Source: an uncultured Flavobacteriales bacterium
GTDB lineage: Bacteria > Bacteroidota > Bacteroidia > Flavobacteriales > BACL11
DNA: 64,000 bases
Direction: 5' to 3'
Assembly: GCA_905478765.1 (NCBI GenBank)
Contig: CAJQJY010000009.1
Coordinates: forward strand, 298 to 64,297
Made by a program: the position numbers and the translations under genes. Positions 17,624 to 29,800 of the stretch are shown here, in pieces. The number at the start of each line of letters is the position of its first letter. The first letter of the stretch is position 1. Under the pieces are notes generated by a model. It ran no database searches, had not been told where the DNA came from, and saw only the letters and a list, made by a program, of their open reading frames with translations.

Positions 17624-18976
17624 TTAACTATTTTCTTTTCTTACTAAATCCAAACCATGACGAATAATAGATTGTACCTCAATTTTTGAAGTACAAACAA
17701 ACTCGCATAATGCTAAATCAGCAGGAGATACTTCATAAATTCCTAAATTTTCCATTAACTCAATATCCTCAATCATACACGCTTTTATCAATTGAGTTGG
17801 ATAAATATTCATAGGCAATACTTTTTCGTACTCACCTGTCATTACATAAGCACGTTCTTCACCATGCATATTCGCATTTAAAGTGTATTTTTTTGAAGGT
17901 GTCAACCAAGATAAAAATGTTTTTGAAGCAGAGAACTTATGCATTCCTGGTAATATCCACCCTAAAAACTCTTGTTCTTTTCCTTCTTCAATTACTGTTA
18001 CAGTAGTGTGATAGAAACCTAATGAACCGTTTTCATCAATTTGCTGACCTGACAAAACATCACCAGATATAATTCTATTGTCTCCTTCTCTCAAATTATC
18101 CGAAAGTAAGTTAATAATAGATGCTCCAGCAATTGTTCTATAATATCTTGGTTTTAAAATCTGAGAACCACCTAAAGCTATAATTCTTGAAATGTCATAT
18201 TTCCCTTTAGTAAACAATCTTGCAATTGCAACCACATCTTGTGGTTCCAAATACCAAACTACTTCACCTTTGTTAATAGGATCAATATGATGCATTTGCA
18301 CTCCTACATTTCCTGCAGGATGTGATCCACATATTTTATTTATCTCAACTCCTTTTGCCTCAGTAAATACTTTAGAAGGATTAGTATTTCCATCTATATT
18401 CAAATGCGTTTTTCCTGAAGTTAACTTAACAACATAATCTAATCCTTTTTGAAACAACTCATCCATTCCATAAAGAGCAAAGTCATTATCAATCGTTAAA
18501 GGAGCTGTATTGAAAGCCGAAATAAAGATAGACTTAGGCATATCAGTAGGATTCGCAATGATATCATAAGGTTTTTGTCTTATAAATGGCCAAACTCCAG
18601 CCATTAGCATGCTATCAATAATTTGTTCTCTTGATAAACTATCAGAACTAGCAATAGTAAAATCCTCATAAGCAATATCAGCATCTGGCTTAATCACTAC
18701 TTCAAGTATTTTTCTTTTTGCACCTCTTACAATAGCGGTAACTTCACCACTTACAGGTGATGAAAAATTTACTTTATCATTATATTTATCAAAAAATAAT
18801 GTAGTTCCTGCTTTCACCCTATCACCAATCTTTATAACTAGCTTTGGTGTTAAGCCATGAAAGTCAGTTGGTTTTAATACATATTTATCAGTAGGTTTTA
18901 CTGATGCGTATACTTTGTCGGCCTCACCAATTAAATTGATGTTCAAGCCTTTTTTTAATCTTATTTCTTTAGACAT
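17624..18976 (-). CDS. nqrA: Na+-NQR subunit A
   Basis: 450-aa soluble subunit and first gene of the operon. Starts with the typical MSKEIRLKKGLNINLIGEA. Confidence 0.92.
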   Translation of the reverse strand: MSKEIRLKKGLNINLIGEADKVYASVKPTDKYVLKPTDFHGLTPKLVIKIGDRVKAGTTLFFDKYNDKVNFSSPVSGEVTAIVRGAKRKILEVVIKPDADIAYEDFTIASSDSLSREQIIDSMLMAGVWPFIRQKPYDIIANPTDMPKSIFISAFNTAPLTIDNDFALYGMDELFQKGLDYVVKLTSGKTHLNIDGNTNPSKVFTEAKGVEINKICGSHPAGNVGVQMHHIDPINKGEVVWYLEPQDVVAIARLFTKGKYDISRIIALGGSQILKPRYYRTIAGASIINLLSDNLREGDNRIISGDVLSGQQIDENGSLGFYHTTVTVIEEGKEQEFLGWILPGMHKFSASKTFLSWLTPSKKYTLNANMHGEERAYVMTGEYEKVLPMNIYPTQLIKACMIEDIELMENLGIYEVSPADLALCEFVCTSKIEVQSIIRHGLDLVRKENS

Positions 18977-19002
18977 CCTTTTTAAATTAGATTTTTCGGC
19001 TG

Positions 19003-19010
19003 CAAAAGTA
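19003..19010 (-). promoter_or_regulatory. -7 box TACTTTTG for the nqr operon
   Basis: Matches TAnnTTTG on the minus strand, 26 nt before the nqrA ATG. Confidence 0.3.
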
Positions 19011-19018
19011 TAAATTTG
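19011..19018 (+). promoter_or_regulatory. -7 box TAAATTTG for the plug-like gene
   Basis: Matches TAnnTTTG on the plus strand, 35 nt before ATG 19054. Directly abuts the divergent nqrA box. Confidence 0.3.
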
Positions 19019-19053
19019 CGCTTATTATTTACCTATTTAAATTATAATTTTAA

Positions 19054-20394
19054 ATGAAATCCAACTACTTACTAACACTACTAATAATTTCTATAGTTTT
19101 AATGAGTGCTTGCCATAGGACAAAAGAAGTAGCGAGTACAGATAATGTACTAGCAGAAAGCAAAATTATTGAAGAAGTTGAAAGAACAGAATTTGAAAAA
19201 ATTTATAAAAACAAAACCTTCAACCAACAATTAAAAACCCTGCTTTGTCATAAAATACAGGATGAACTTTCACTTCCTTTCATTAATTTAAATGCTGAAG
19301 ACCAACTTTTAGTAAGTTTTGATGATTTGGATGCTGACATTAAGGACTATTATTACACCATTATACATTGTAATTCTGACTGGACAGCAAGCGATTTAAT
19401 GCAAAGTGAATACATCAGTGGATTTACGGATGAACCCATAACAGATTATGAGTTTTCGTTTAATACCCTTCAGCAATATACGCACTATAGTTTTAGTTTT
19501 CCATCTGAAAAAATGAAAGCTCTCTTATCCGGGAATTATGTATTTAAGATTTTTGAGGAAGGTGGAAAAACAGTTGCTTATAAACGTTTTATGATATTGG
19601 AAACCAAGGTTACAATAGAAGCACAAGTGAGGCGTGCAACTTTGGCTGAGGACAGAAAGACTAAGCATGAAATTGACTTTACAATAAAGCATCCTAACTT
19701 AGTAGTTGCTGACCCATTTTCTGATATAAAAGTTATTATAAAGCAAAACAATAAAGAAGATAATGCGATAACTGATTTAACACCTCTATTTGTTAAAAAT
19801 GATGAGTTGATTTACGATTATGAGGACGACAATACTTTCTGGGGAAACAATGAATTTCGTCATTTTGACATCAAGAGTTTACGCTTTCAGTCAGATAGAA
19901 TAAAGGAAATTACTTATGACAGTACTTTTAATCATGTGTATTTATTCAAGGATAGAATACGTCCTTTTGACCGCTATTCCATTGAACCAGATATAAATGG
20001 AAAGTTCCTCATCAAATCACAAGAAGGGTGGAAATCATCCATTGAGGCGGACTATGCTTTTGTGCATTTCACTTTGCCTGTTGACCACATCAGTTATGGT
20101 GATTTATATGTATTGGGCGAATTTTCTGATTGGCAATTGAAAGAAGATTTCAAACTAAAATACAATGCTGAACAAAAAAAATATGAGGGAAGTATTTATC
20201 TAAAACAAGGCTATTACAATTACCATTACGCCCTTAACGATATTAGTACAAATCGAGTGGATGTTTCCTTTATTGAGGGGACACATTACCAAACCCGAAA
20301 TGACTATTATGTATATGTGTACTACCGTGCTGTTGGCGATAGATACGATAGATTTGTAGGCTTTTTGAAAACTTCATCAAAAGAACTTTTTTAG
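19054..20394 (+). CDS. DUF5103-type protein, likely T9SS plug protein (lipoprotein)
   Basis: 446 aa. Lipobox VLMSAC. The stretch LVSFDDLDADIKDYYYTIIHCNSDWTASDLMQSEYISGFTDEPITDYEFSFNTLQQYTHY matches my recollection of the DUF5103 / T9SS-plug N-terminal domain. No search was run. Confidence 0.6.
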   Translation: MKSNYLLTLLIISIVLMSACHRTKEVASTDNVLAESKIIEEVERTEFEKIYKNKTFNQQLKTLLCHKIQDELSLPFINLNAEDQLLVSFDDLDADIKDYYYTIIHCNSDWTASDLMQSEYISGFTDEPITDYEFSFNTLQQYTHYSFSFPSEKMKALLSGNYVFKIFEEGGKTVAYKRFMILETKVTIEAQVRRATLAEDRKTKHEIDFTIKHPNLVVADPFSDIKVIIKQNNKEDNAITDLTPLFVKNDELIYDYEDDNTFWGNNEFRHFDIKSLRFQSDRIKEITYDSTFNHVYLFKDRIRPFDRYSIEPDINGKFLIKSQEGWKSSIEADYAFVHFTLPVDHISYGDLYVLGEFSDWQLKEDFKLKYNAEQKKYEGSIYLKQGYYNYHYALNDISTNRVDVSFIEGTHYQTRNDYYVYVYYRAVGDRYDRFVGFLKTSSKELF

Positions 20395-20408
20395 TATTAG
20401 CAAATAAC

Positions 20409-20416
20409 TAAATTTG
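20409..20416 (+). promoter_or_regulatory. -7 box TAAATTTG upstream of pruA
   Basis: Matches TAnnTTTG 30 nt before ATG 20447. It overlaps the TTG used as the start by the ORF track. Confidence 0.3.
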
Positions 20417-20446
20417 CAAACTGATTTTATAAATAAAAATAAAAAA

Positions 20447-22072
20447 ATGGCAAACGGATTTTATAATGTACCCAAAGCGGTAAACGAGCCAGTCAAAGGA
20501 TATGCTCCAGGAAGCCCTGAGCGTACTGAATTACTGGCAGAATACAAAAGAATGTATAATACTACTGTTGATGTACCAATGTATATTGGCGACAAACAAG
20601 TATTTACTGATGATAAAAGAAATTTAACACCACCTCATGAGCATAAACATGTAATTGGAACTTCCAATTATGGAGGAGAACAAGAGGTGCGTGATGCTAT
20701 TGATGCAGCTATGGCTGCTCGTGAAAAATGGGCAAATATGAGTTGGGAGCATAGAGCTTCTATCTTTTTAAAAGCTGCTGATTTATTAGCGGGACCTTAC
20801 CGTGCAAAACTAAATGCAGCTACAATGCTAGCACAAAGTAAAAATGTAATGCAAGCTGAGATTGATGCTGCTTGTGAATTGATTGATTTCTTTAAATTCA
20901 ATGTACAATACATGAGTCAGTTGTACAAAGAACAACCAGAATCATTACCAGGAATGTGGAACCGTTTGGAACATAGACCTTTGGAAGGATTTGTATTCGC
21001 ATTAACACCATTTAACTTTACTTCTATTTGTGCTAACCTTTGTGCAGCACCAGCAATGCTAGGGAATGTAGTAGTTTGGAAGCCAGCAGAAACACAAATC
21101 TATTCTGCGCAAGTAATCATGGAAATATTCCAAGCAGCAGGATTGCCTGATGGGGTAATCAATATGGTAACGGTTAGTGGTAGAGAAATTTCAAAAGTAG
21201 TATTTGAAGATAAAAACTTTGCAGGATTACACTTTACAGGTAGTACTGATGTATTCCGTACGCTTTGGAAAGGAATAGGAAACAACATTGAAAAATATAA
21301 ATCATACCCAAGAATAGTTGGTGAAACAGGAGGTAAAGATTTCATTATTGCACATAAATCGGCAGTAGCTACTGAAGTAGCAACAGCTATTTCAAGAGGT
21401 GCTTTTGAATTCCAAGGACAAAAATGTTCAGCTGCCTCTCGTGCTTATGTACCTTCTAATTTATGGGAAGATGTGAAAACTCAAATTGTTGCAGACACTA
21501 ACAGCTTTAAGATGGGTGCTCCTGATGATACTTCAAACTTTATTAATGCAGTAATTTCTGAAAAAGCTTTTAATAGTATTTCATCTTATATTGATTATGC
21601 AAAAACAGCTGAGGATGCCGAGATTATTGCAGGAGGAAGTTATGATAAATCAGTAGGTTACTTTATTGAACCAACTATTATTGTGACAACTGACCCTAAA
21701 TTCAAAACTATGGTTGAGGAAGTATTCGGACCTGTGATGACTATTTATGTATATGATGCTGATAAGTGGGAAGAAACATTAGAGCTAGTAGATAACACTT
21801 CAGAATACGCTTTAACAGGAGCTATCTTATCAGTAGATAGATATGCTGCTGAATATGCAACTAAAGCTTTAGAAAATGCTGCTGGAAACTTTTACATTAA
21901 TGATAAGCCAACTGGAGCTGTTGTTGGCCAACAACCATTTGGTGGCGCAAGAGGATCAGGGACTAATGATAAAGCTGGTTCTATCCTAAATCTTTTAAGA
22001 TGGGTTTCTCCTAGAACAATTAAAGAAACATTTGTTCCTGCTACTGATTATAAATATCCTTTCTTAGGATAA
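20447..22072 (+). CDS. pruA: L-glutamate gamma-semialdehyde (1-pyrroline-5-carboxylate) dehydrogenase
   Basis: Aldehyde dehydrogenase fold (ETGGKDF, FEFQGQKCSAASR) with the typical N-terminus MANGFYNVPKAVNEPVKGYAPGSPER. Start moved from TTG 20414 to ATG 20447. Confidence 0.88.
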   Translation: MANGFYNVPKAVNEPVKGYAPGSPERTELLAEYKRMYNTTVDVPMYIGDKQVFTDDKRNLTPPHEHKHVIGTSNYGGEQEVRDAIDAAMAAREKWANMSWEHRASIFLKAADLLAGPYRAKLNAATMLAQSKNVMQAEIDAACELIDFFKFNVQYMSQLYKEQPESLPGMWNRLEHRPLEGFVFALTPFNFTSICANLCAAPAMLGNVVVWKPAETQIYSAQVIMEIFQAAGLPDGVINMVTVSGREISKVVFEDKNFAGLHFTGSTDVFRTLWKGIGNNIEKYKSYPRIVGETGGKDFIIAHKSAVATEVATAISRGAFEFQGQKCSAASRAYVPSNLWEDVKTQIVADTNSFKMGAPDDTSNFINAVISEKAFNSISSYIDYAKTAEDAEIIAGGSYDKSVGYFIEPTIIVTTDPKFKTMVEEVFGPVMTIYVYDADKWEETLELVDNTSEYALTGAILSVDRYAAEYATKALENAAGNFYINDKPTGAVVGQQPFGGARGSGTNDKAGSILNLLRWVSPRTIKETFVPATDYKYPFLG

Positions 22073-22114
22073 AAAAATTATTAGTAACTAGCTACTAGTC
22101 AAACTTCAGAAAAC

Positions 22115-22144
22115 AAAAAAGCCTGCAAATTACAGGCTTTTTTA
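22115..22144. terminator. Bidirectional rho-independent terminator between convergent genes
   Basis: AAAAAAGCCTG caaatta CAGGCTTTTTT: a perfect stem flanked by an A-run and a T-run. Confidence 0.75.
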
Positions 22145-22163
22145 GTTTTATAGATTTAATAAA

Positions 22164-22478
22164 TTATGCAAGTGGAGTTGGTCCTCCAAAATTCATTGGA
22201 ATTCCTCCAGTCGGATCAACATCTTTAATCTCACCATGCTGATTTTCAAATTTAGTTACATTATCAGCAAGTGCCTTCATTAATCTTTTAGCATGTTGAG
22301 GAGTAAGAATAACTCTTGACTTTACTTTTGCTTTAGGAATTCCTGGCATCATTTGAATAAAATCAACTACAAACTCTGATGGAGAATGATTGATAATAGC
22401 CAAATTGCTATAAGTTCCTTCAGCTACATCTTCAGTAAGCTCAATGTTTAGTCCGTCTTTCTTCTTTTCCTCAGACAT
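22164..22478 (-). CDS. DUF3467-like small protein immediately downstream of rpoC
   Basis: 104 aa from MSEEKKKDGLNIEL...GTYSNLAIINHSPSEFVVDFIQMMPG. Start moved to ATG 22478 so it does not run into rpoC (stop 22489). Confidence 0.6.
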   Translation of the reverse strand: MSEEKKKDGLNIELTEDVAEGTYSNLAIINHSPSEFVVDFIQMMPGIPKAKVKSRVILTPQHAKRLMKALADNVTKFENQHGEIKDVDPTGGIPMNFGGPTPLA

Positions 22479-22488
22479 AATAATTATT

Positions 22489-25400
22489 TTATTTTTCTGT
22501 TGATTTAATATCAGCAACAACTTCTTCAGAAATTTTAGCTTCAACAACTAGCTCCTCTTCTAATTCAGTAGCATTAGCAACTTCTTCTTTCAATTGCATT
22601 AATCTATCATATTCAACCTGAGAACCAACAATAGTTTCAGTAGCTTGTACTAATCCCGTTCCAGCAGGGATTTTCTTACCAATAATTACATTCTCTTTAA
22701 GTCCAACTAATGTATCAACCTTAGCATTAATAGCAGCCTCATTAAGTACCTTAGTTGTTTGCTGGAAAGAAGCAGCTGAAATCCATGAATCTACTTGTAA
22801 AGATGCTCTAGTAATACCTTGAAGTACTGGATTTGAAATTGCAGGTTGAGCTTCTCTAGCTTCAACCGCTTTTGCATCTTTTCTCTTTAATCTTGAGTTT
22901 TCTTCTCTTAATTGTCTTGGCGAAATAATTTGTCCTTTCTTCAATTCTTCCGAATCACCAGTTTCAGTAACAATCATCATACCAAATAACATATCATTTT
23001 GCTCATTAAATTTAGCTTTACCAACTAATGCTCCTTCTAAGAAATAAGTATCACCTGAATGCGTGATATTTACTTTACGCATCATTTGTCTAACTAAAAC
23101 TTCAAAGTGCTTATCATTAATTTTTACACCTTGCAAACGATATACATCTTGAATCTCATTGACAATATATTGTTGAACCTCAACCACACCTTTAATTGCT
23201 AAAATATCAGCAGGAGTAATAACACCATCACATAAAGGCATACCTGCTTTTACATAATCATTTTCCTGAACTAGGATTTGCTTAGCTAATTTAATTAAGT
23301 ATTTTTTAGTTTCACCAGTTTTAGTTGTAATAATAACCTCTCTATTACCTCTTTTGATTTTTCCAAATGAAACAGAACCATCAACTTCAGAAACTACAGC
23401 TGGGTTAGAAGGATTTCTTGCTTCAAACATCTCAGTTACTCTAGGCAGCCCCCCAGTAATATCACCAGATGAACCTGCAGACCTTGGTATTTTAGCTAAA
23501 ATATCACCAGCTTTAATTTTCTTATTATCATCAACTGATAAATGGGCTCCAACAGGAATAGTATAAGTTCTATCTCCAATTGTAATAGAAGGAGAAATTT
23601 TTCTACTTCTACTATCAATAATTACTTTCTCTTCATGCCCTGTCTGCTCATCAGATTCAGTTCTAAATGAAACGCCTTCTTCAATATCATTAAACTCAAC
23701 TTTACCAGTAATTTCTGATATAATTACAGCATTATAAGGATCCCATTCACAAATAATATCACCTTTTTTGACCTCCCCATCTTTAATAAAGATAGTAGAA
23801 CCATATGGAACAATATTTGTAGATAAAATCACTCCATTTTTATCATCAACAACTTTAGTTTCAGCAGATCTAGAAACAACAATTTCAATTGCTTTACCAT
23901 CTTTATTTTTTGACTTAACAGTTCTTAAGTCCTCAATTTCTAATCTACCAGCTTTTTTAACGGTTAAAGATGAATCAACTTCTGATCTAGAAGCAGTACC
24001 CCCAACATGGAAGGTTCTAAGAGTAAGCTGTGTACCCGGCTCACCAACTGATTGAGCAGCTACAACACCTACAGATTCACCAACCTGCGCCATTCTATTA
24101 GTTGACAAAGATTTACCATAACATTTCTTACAAATACCTCTTCTTGTCTGACATGTTAAAGCAGATCTTACTTCGACCATTTCAACTCCAGCAGCATCAA
24201 TTTCTTTTGCAGCAGCATCAGTAATCATATCATTACATGCAACTATTAACTTTTCAGTTTTAGGATGGAATACATCATGTAAACTAACTCTTCCTGTAGT
24301 TCTATCCGCTAAAGATTCAATAATATCATCATTATTTTTAAGAGCAAAAACTTCTAATCCTCTCAATGTTTCACAATCATCTTCAGTAACAATTACATCT
24401 TGTGCAACATCTACTAATCTTCTTGTAAGGTAACCCGCATCTGCTGTTTTAAGTGCCGTATCAGCAAGCCCTTTTCTCGCCCCATGTGTAGAGATAAAGT
24501 ATTCTAAAATAGAAAGTCCTTCACGGAAGTTAGTTGTAATTGGATTCTCAATAATAGACTCTCCGTGATCACCAGATTTTTTTGGTTTTGCCATAAGACC
24601 CCTCATACCAGATAACTGACGAATTTGCTCCTTAGAACCCCTTGCACCAGAATCAAGCATCATATATACAGAATTAAAGCCTTGCTTATCAGTACTAATG
24701 TTTCTCATAACTGTATCAGTTAATCGAGCATTAGTAGTAGTCCAAACATCAATTACTTGGTTGTATCTCTCATTATTAGTAATGAACCCCATTGCGTAAT
24801 TGTTCTTAATTTCATCTACCTTTTTGTTTGCACCAGTAATTAATCCTTCTTTTTCTTCAGGAACAAGTACATCACCAAGGTTAAAAGATAATCCTCCTCT
24901 AAACGCCATATTGAAACCGATAGTTTTAATTGCATCTAGGAAGTGAACAGTAGCTGAGACTCCACAAGTTTCTAAAACATTACCAATAATATTTCTTAGA
25001 GCTTTTTTAGTTAAAAGCTCATCAACAAAATTAACTTCAGCTGGTACATATTCATTAAATAATACTCTACCAACAGTAGTTTCAACTAAAGTAGTTTGAC
25101 CTTTTACATCAGTAACTCTTACTTTAATCATTGCATGTAAATCAGCTTTTTTCTCATTATAAGCAATCTTAACTTCATCTAAAGAGTAGAAAGTCATTCC
25201 TTCTCCTTTTACTTTCTCTTCATCAGTTGATCTTTTCTCTTTAGTCATGTAATAAAGACCTAAAACCATATCCTGTGAAGGAACAGTAATAGGAGCTCCA
25301 TTAGCAGGGTTCAAAATATTATGAGAAGCTAACATTAAAACCTGTGCTTCTAAAATTGCAGCTGCACCTAAAGGTAAGTGAACTGCCATTTGATCCCCAT

Positions 25401-26838
25401 CAAAATCGGCATTAAAGGCCGCACAAGCCAATGGATGAAGTTGAATTGCTTTTCCTTCAATCATTTTTGGTTGGAAAGCCTGAATACCTAACCTGTGAAG
25501 TGTAGGAGCCCTGTTTAACAAAACTGGATGTCCTTTCATTACATTTTCCAAGATATCCCATACAACTGGTTCTCTTGTATCAATAATTTTTTTAGCAGAT
25601 TTTACAGTTTTTACAATTCCTCTTTCAATCAGTTTCCTAATAATATATGGTTTATAAAGCTCAGCAGCCATATCTTTAGGTATTCCACATTCATGTAAAT
25701 TTAACTCAGGACCTACAACAATTACAGAACGAGCAGAATAATCTACCCTTTTACCTAATAAATTCTGACGGAATCTACCTTGCTTTCCTTTTAAGGAATC
25801 AGATAATGATTTTAAAGCTCTTTTTCCATCTGCTTTAACTGCTGATGATTTTCTTGAGTTATCAAATAAAGCGTCAACAGATTCCTGTAACATTCTTTTT
25901 TCATTCCTTAAGATAATTTCAGGTGCATTAATCTCCATTAATCTTTTTAATCTATTATTTCTAATAATTACTCTTCTGTATAAATCATTTAAATCAGAAG
26001 TAGCGAATCTACCACCATCTAATGGTACTAAAGGTCTTAATTCTGGTGGAATTACTGGAATTACTTTAACAGTCATCCATTCAGGTCTGTTCTCAGTATG
26101 AGTTTGACCATCACGCATTGACTCTACAATTTGTAGTCTTTTTAAAGCTTCCTTTTTTCTTTGTTGAGATGTTTCATTAGCTGCTTGATCTCTTAAGGCA
26201 TAAGATAAGTCATCAAGATTTATTTTTGATAACAAACTATGGATTGCTTCGGCACCCATTTTTGCAACAAATTTATTAGGATCATCCTCACTTAAGTATT
26301 GATTTTCTAAAGGTTGAGCGTCTAAAATATCTAAGTACTCTTCTTCAGTTAAGAAATCTAAATATTTAACTGCTTCTCCTTCAGAATTTACAATTCCATC
26401 AGGCGCATTAATTACTACATATCTTTCATAGTATATAATCATATCTAATCTCTTAGATGGAAGTCCTAATAAGTAACCAATTTTATTTGGTAAAGTTCTA
26501 AAGTACCAGATATGAGCAACAGGAACAACTAAATTAATATGTCCTATTCTCTCTCTTCTTACTTTCTTTTCAGTTACTTCAACACCACATCTATCACAAA
26601 CAATTCCTCTATATCTGATTCTTTTGTATTTTCCACAATGGCATTCAAAATCCTTAGTAGGTCCGAATACTCTTTCACAGAATAATCCACCACTTTCTGG
26701 CTTATATGTTCTGTAATTAATAGTTTCTGGTTTTGTAACCTCCCCAGATGATTTTCCTAAAATATCTTCAGGAGATGATAAACTAATTTTAATTGAGTTT
26801 ATATCCTGAGCTTGTCTGTTCTGTTTTATATTTCTCAT
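22489..26838 (-). CDS. rpoC: DNA-directed RNA polymerase subunit beta'
   Basis: 1449 aa with catalytic NADFDGDQM and zinc-binding CHCGKY...CDRCG. Confidence 0.98.
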   Translation of the reverse strand: MRNIKQNRQAQDINSIKISLSSPEDILGKSSGEVTKPETINYRTYKPESGGLFCERVFGPTKDFECHCGKYKRIRYRGIVCDRCGVEVTEKKVRRERIGHINLVVPVAHIWYFRTLPNKIGYLLGLPSKRLDMIIYYERYVVINAPDGIVNSEGEAVKYLDFLTEEEYLDILDAQPLENQYLSEDDPNKFVAKMGAEAIHSLLSKINLDDLSYALRDQAANETSQQRKKEALKRLQIVESMRDGQTHTENRPEWMTVKVIPVIPPELRPLVPLDGGRFATSDLNDLYRRVIIRNNRLKRLMEINAPEIILRNEKRMLQESVDALFDNSRKSSAVKADGKRALKSLSDSLKGKQGRFRQNLLGKRVDYSARSVIVVGPELNLHECGIPKDMAAELYKPYIIRKLIERGIVKTVKSAKKIIDTREPVVWDILENVMKGHPVLLNRAPTLHRLGIQAFQPKMIEGKAIQLHPLACAAFNADFDGDQMAVHLPLGAAAILEAQVLMLASHNILNPANGAPITVPSQDMVLGLYYMTKEKRSTDEEKVKGEGMTFYSLDEVKIAYNEKKADLHAMIKVRVTDVKGQTTLVETTVGRVLFNEYVPAEVNFVDELLTKKALRNIIGNVLETCGVSATVHFLDAIKTIGFNMAFRGGLSFNLGDVLVPEEKEGLITGANKKVDEIKNNYAMGFITNNERYNQVIDVWTTTNARLTDTVMRNISTDKQGFNSVYMMLDSGARGSKEQIRQLSGMRGLMAKPKKSGDHGESIIENPITTNFREGLSILEYFISTHGARKGLADTALKTADAGYLTRRLVDVAQDVIVTEDDCETLRGLEVFALKNNDDIIESLADRTTGRVSLHDVFHPKTEKLIVACNDMITDAAAKEIDAAGVEMVEVRSALTCQTRRGICKKCYGKSLSTNRMAQVGESVGVVAAQSVGEPGTQLTLRTFHVGGTASRSEVDSSLTVKKAGRLEIEDLRTVKSKNKDGKAIEIVVSRSAETKVVDDKNGVILSTNIVPYGSTIFIKDGEVKKGDIICEWDPYNAVIISEITGKVEFNDIEEGVSFRTESDEQTGHEEKVIIDSRSRKISPSITIGDRTYTIPVGAHLSVDDNKKIKAGDILAKIPRSAGSSGDITGGLPRVTEMFEARNPSNPAVVSEVDGSVSFGKIKRGNREVIITTKTGETKKYLIKLAKQILVQENDYVKAGMPLCDGVITPADILAIKGVVEVQQYIVNEIQDVYRLQGVKINDKHFEVLVRQMMRKVNITHSGDTYFLEGALVGKAKFNEQNDMLFGMMIVTETGDSEELKKGQIISPRQLREENSRLKRKDAKAVEAREAQPAISNPVLQGITRASLQVDSWISAASFQQTTKVLNEAAINAKVDTLVGLKENVIIGKKIPAGTGLVQATETIVGSQVEYDRLMQLKEEVANATELEEELVVEAKISEEVVADIKSTEK

Positions 26839-26846
26839 TAGTAATA

Positions 26847-29800
26847 TTATTCAAATGAAACTTTTAATCCTAATCCATTAAGTTCGTGTAATAAAACATT
26901 GAACGATTCTGGAATACCTGGTGTAGGCAAATCTTTTCCTTTTACAATTGCTTCAAAAGCCTTTGCTCTACCAACTACATCATCCGACTTAAGAGTAAGC
27001 ATCTCTTGTAAGATATTTGCAGCACCATAACCTTCAAGTGCCCAAACCTCCATTTCTCCAAGTCTTTGCCCACCAAACTGTGCCTTACCTCCAAGTGGTT
27101 GTTGTGTAATTAATGAGTAAGGTCCAATTGATCTTGCATGCATTTTATCATCAATTAAATGCCCTAGTTTAAGCATATAGATAATCCCTACTGTTGCGGT
27201 TTGTGCAAAACGTTCACCAGTACCACCATCATATAGATAAGTTTGACCTAATCTTGGGACTCCGGCCTCATCAGTTTCATTATTAATTTGATCAATACTT
27301 GCTCCATCAAATACAGGAGTAAAGTATTTTTTACCTAATTCTTGTCCAGCCCAACCTAAAATCGTTTCATAGATTTGACCAAGATTCATCCTAGAAGGTA
27401 CTCCAAGTGGATTTAAAATAATATCAACTGGAGTTCCGTCTTCTAAGAAAGGCATATCCTCATCTTTTACAATACGAGATACAATTCCTTTATTACCATG
27501 ACGACCCGCTAACTTATCACCTACCTTAACTTTTCTTTTTTGAGCAATTTGAACTTTAGCTAATTGCAATACTCCATTTGGCAATTCATCACCAATAGTA
27601 ATAGCAAAACGTTTTCTTCTATGCTCTCCATAGATATCATTATACTTTCTTATGTAGTTCTCTATAGTAGTATTTACAAGAATGTTATTATCTTTATTAC
27701 CTGTCCAGTTATAAGGATCAACTAAAGTAAAGTCAACTCCAAGTAACATTTTCTTTGTAAATTTCTCACTTTTAGAAATTACTTCTTCTCCTAAAATATT
27801 CTTAACCCCTTTTGCTGCTTTCCCTCCAATAATTTGATAAAGTTTACCAGCTAAGATATTCTTGAGTGCATGTGCCTCTTTCTCAAATGTAACATCTAAT
27901 TGTTCTAATTGTTCTTTATCTGAAGTTTTTGTCCTTCTATCCTTGATAGTTCTTGAAAATAATGATTTACCAATTACAACACCAGCATTAGAAGGTTTTG
28001 CTTTCAAAGAAGCATCTTTTACATCACCAGCTTTTTCACCAAAAATAGCTCTCAGTAATTTTTCTTCTGGAGTAGGATCAGACTCTCCTTTAGGAGTGAT
28101 TTTACCAATAAGAATATCGCCATGCTTAACATTAGCTCCAATTCTTACCATTCCATGTTCATCTAGATCTCTAGTTGCAGTTTCACTAATATTAGGAATA
28201 TCAGCAGTTAACTCCTCTACTCCCCTCTTAGTTTCTCTAACATTTACAAGATGCTCAGCAATATGTAATGAAGTAAACATATCTTCTCTTACAACTTTTT
28301 CAGATAAAATAATTGCATCCTCAAAATTATACCCTTTCCAAGGCATAAAGGCTACTTTTAAGTTTCTACCAATAGCTAATTCACCATTTTCAGTTGCATA
28401 ACCATCACAAAGTACTTGTCCTTTAGTTACTTTATCTCCAACTCTAACAATCGGTTGAATATTAATACAAGTTCTTTGATTTGTTTTTTGGAATTTAGTT
28501 AAAATATATGTTTTCTCTGCTTCATCAAAACTTACTAATTCCTGTTCTTCAGTTTTAGTATATTTCACTTTGATAGTATTTGCATCTACATAAGTAACTT
28601 TACCTTCTCCTTCTGCATTAATCATTGTTCGAGAATCACGAGCAACATGTGGCTCAAGTCCAGTTCCAACAATTGGAGCATCAGTTCTTAATAATGGAAC
28701 AGCTTGCCTCATCATATTAGATCCCATCAGAGCTCTATTAGCATCATCATGCTCCAAGAAAGGAATCAATGAAGCAGCAATAGAAGCAATTTGATTAGGG
28801 GCAACATCCATTAATGTTACTTTTGATGGATCAGCAATTAAATAATCTGCTTCACTTCTTGATTTAATTCTATCATTCTCAAATGAACCATCTTTATTTA
28901 ATGGTGCATTTGCTTGTGCAATTACTTGCTCAATTTCTTGTTCTGCACTCTTATAAACTGGAGCTTCAGTTGTATCAATTTTACCTTCAATTACATTTCT
29001 ATAAGGGGTTTCAATAAATCCTAACTTATTAATTTTAGCAAATACTGCTAAAGAAGAAATAAGTCCAATATTAGGCCCCTCTGGAGTTTCAATAGGACAA
29101 AGTCTTCCATAATGCGTATAGTGAACATCTCTCACCTCAAATCCTGCTCTTTCTCTAGTTAAACCTCCAGGTCCTAAAGCTGATATTCTTCTTTTATGAG
29201 TTACCTCTGCTAATGGATTGGTTTGATCCATAAATTGAGATAATTGTGAAGTCCCAAAGAAAGAATTAATTACTGCAGATAAAGTTTTTGCGTTAATTAA
29301 GTCAATTGGAGTAAATACCTCATTATCTCTTACATTCATTCTTTCGCGAATAGTACGAGCCATTCTACTTAACCCAACATTAAATTGGTTTGAAAGTTGC
29401 TCGCCAACCGTTCTAATTCTTCTATTACTCAAGTGATCAATATCATCAACATCAACTTTAGAGTTAGTTAAAGAAATAAGATTACTAATTATAGATACAA
29501 TATCTTCATTAGTTAAAACCATTTTATCAATAGGTATATCTAGTTTTAATCTAGAGTTAATTCTAAATCTACCTACATGTCCTAAACTATATCTTTGGTC
29601 AGAGAAGAATAACTTATCAATAATTCCTCTTGCTGTATCATCATCAGGTGCTTCTGCTGATCTTAGTTGTCTGTAAATATGTCTTACAGCCTCAACTTCA
29701 GAGTTAGTTGGATCTTTCTGTAAAGTATTATAAATTAATGCGTGATCAGATGCGCTTCCATCTTCTTTATGTAATAAAATAGTTTCAACACCAGAATCGA

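Noticed and set aside
20414-20446. N-terminal extensions in the ORF track (here; also starts at 6579, 12994, 22547, 33672, 43339, 44399, 45564, 49164, 59174, 61905)
   Set aside because: The extensions start at non-ATG codons, run into terminators, tRNA-Trp or upstream genes, or lie upstream of a -7 box. Internal ATGs give N-termini typical of the families, so I used the shorter coordinates.
23354-28401. Several 70-179 aa plus-strand ORFs inside rpoC and rpoB (23354..23566, 23768..24055, 27862..28401); also 29833..30084
   Set aside because: They are fully nested antisense within highly conserved genes. Their Ser/Pro/Thr-rich low-complexity composition is typical of antisense frames in AT-rich genomes.
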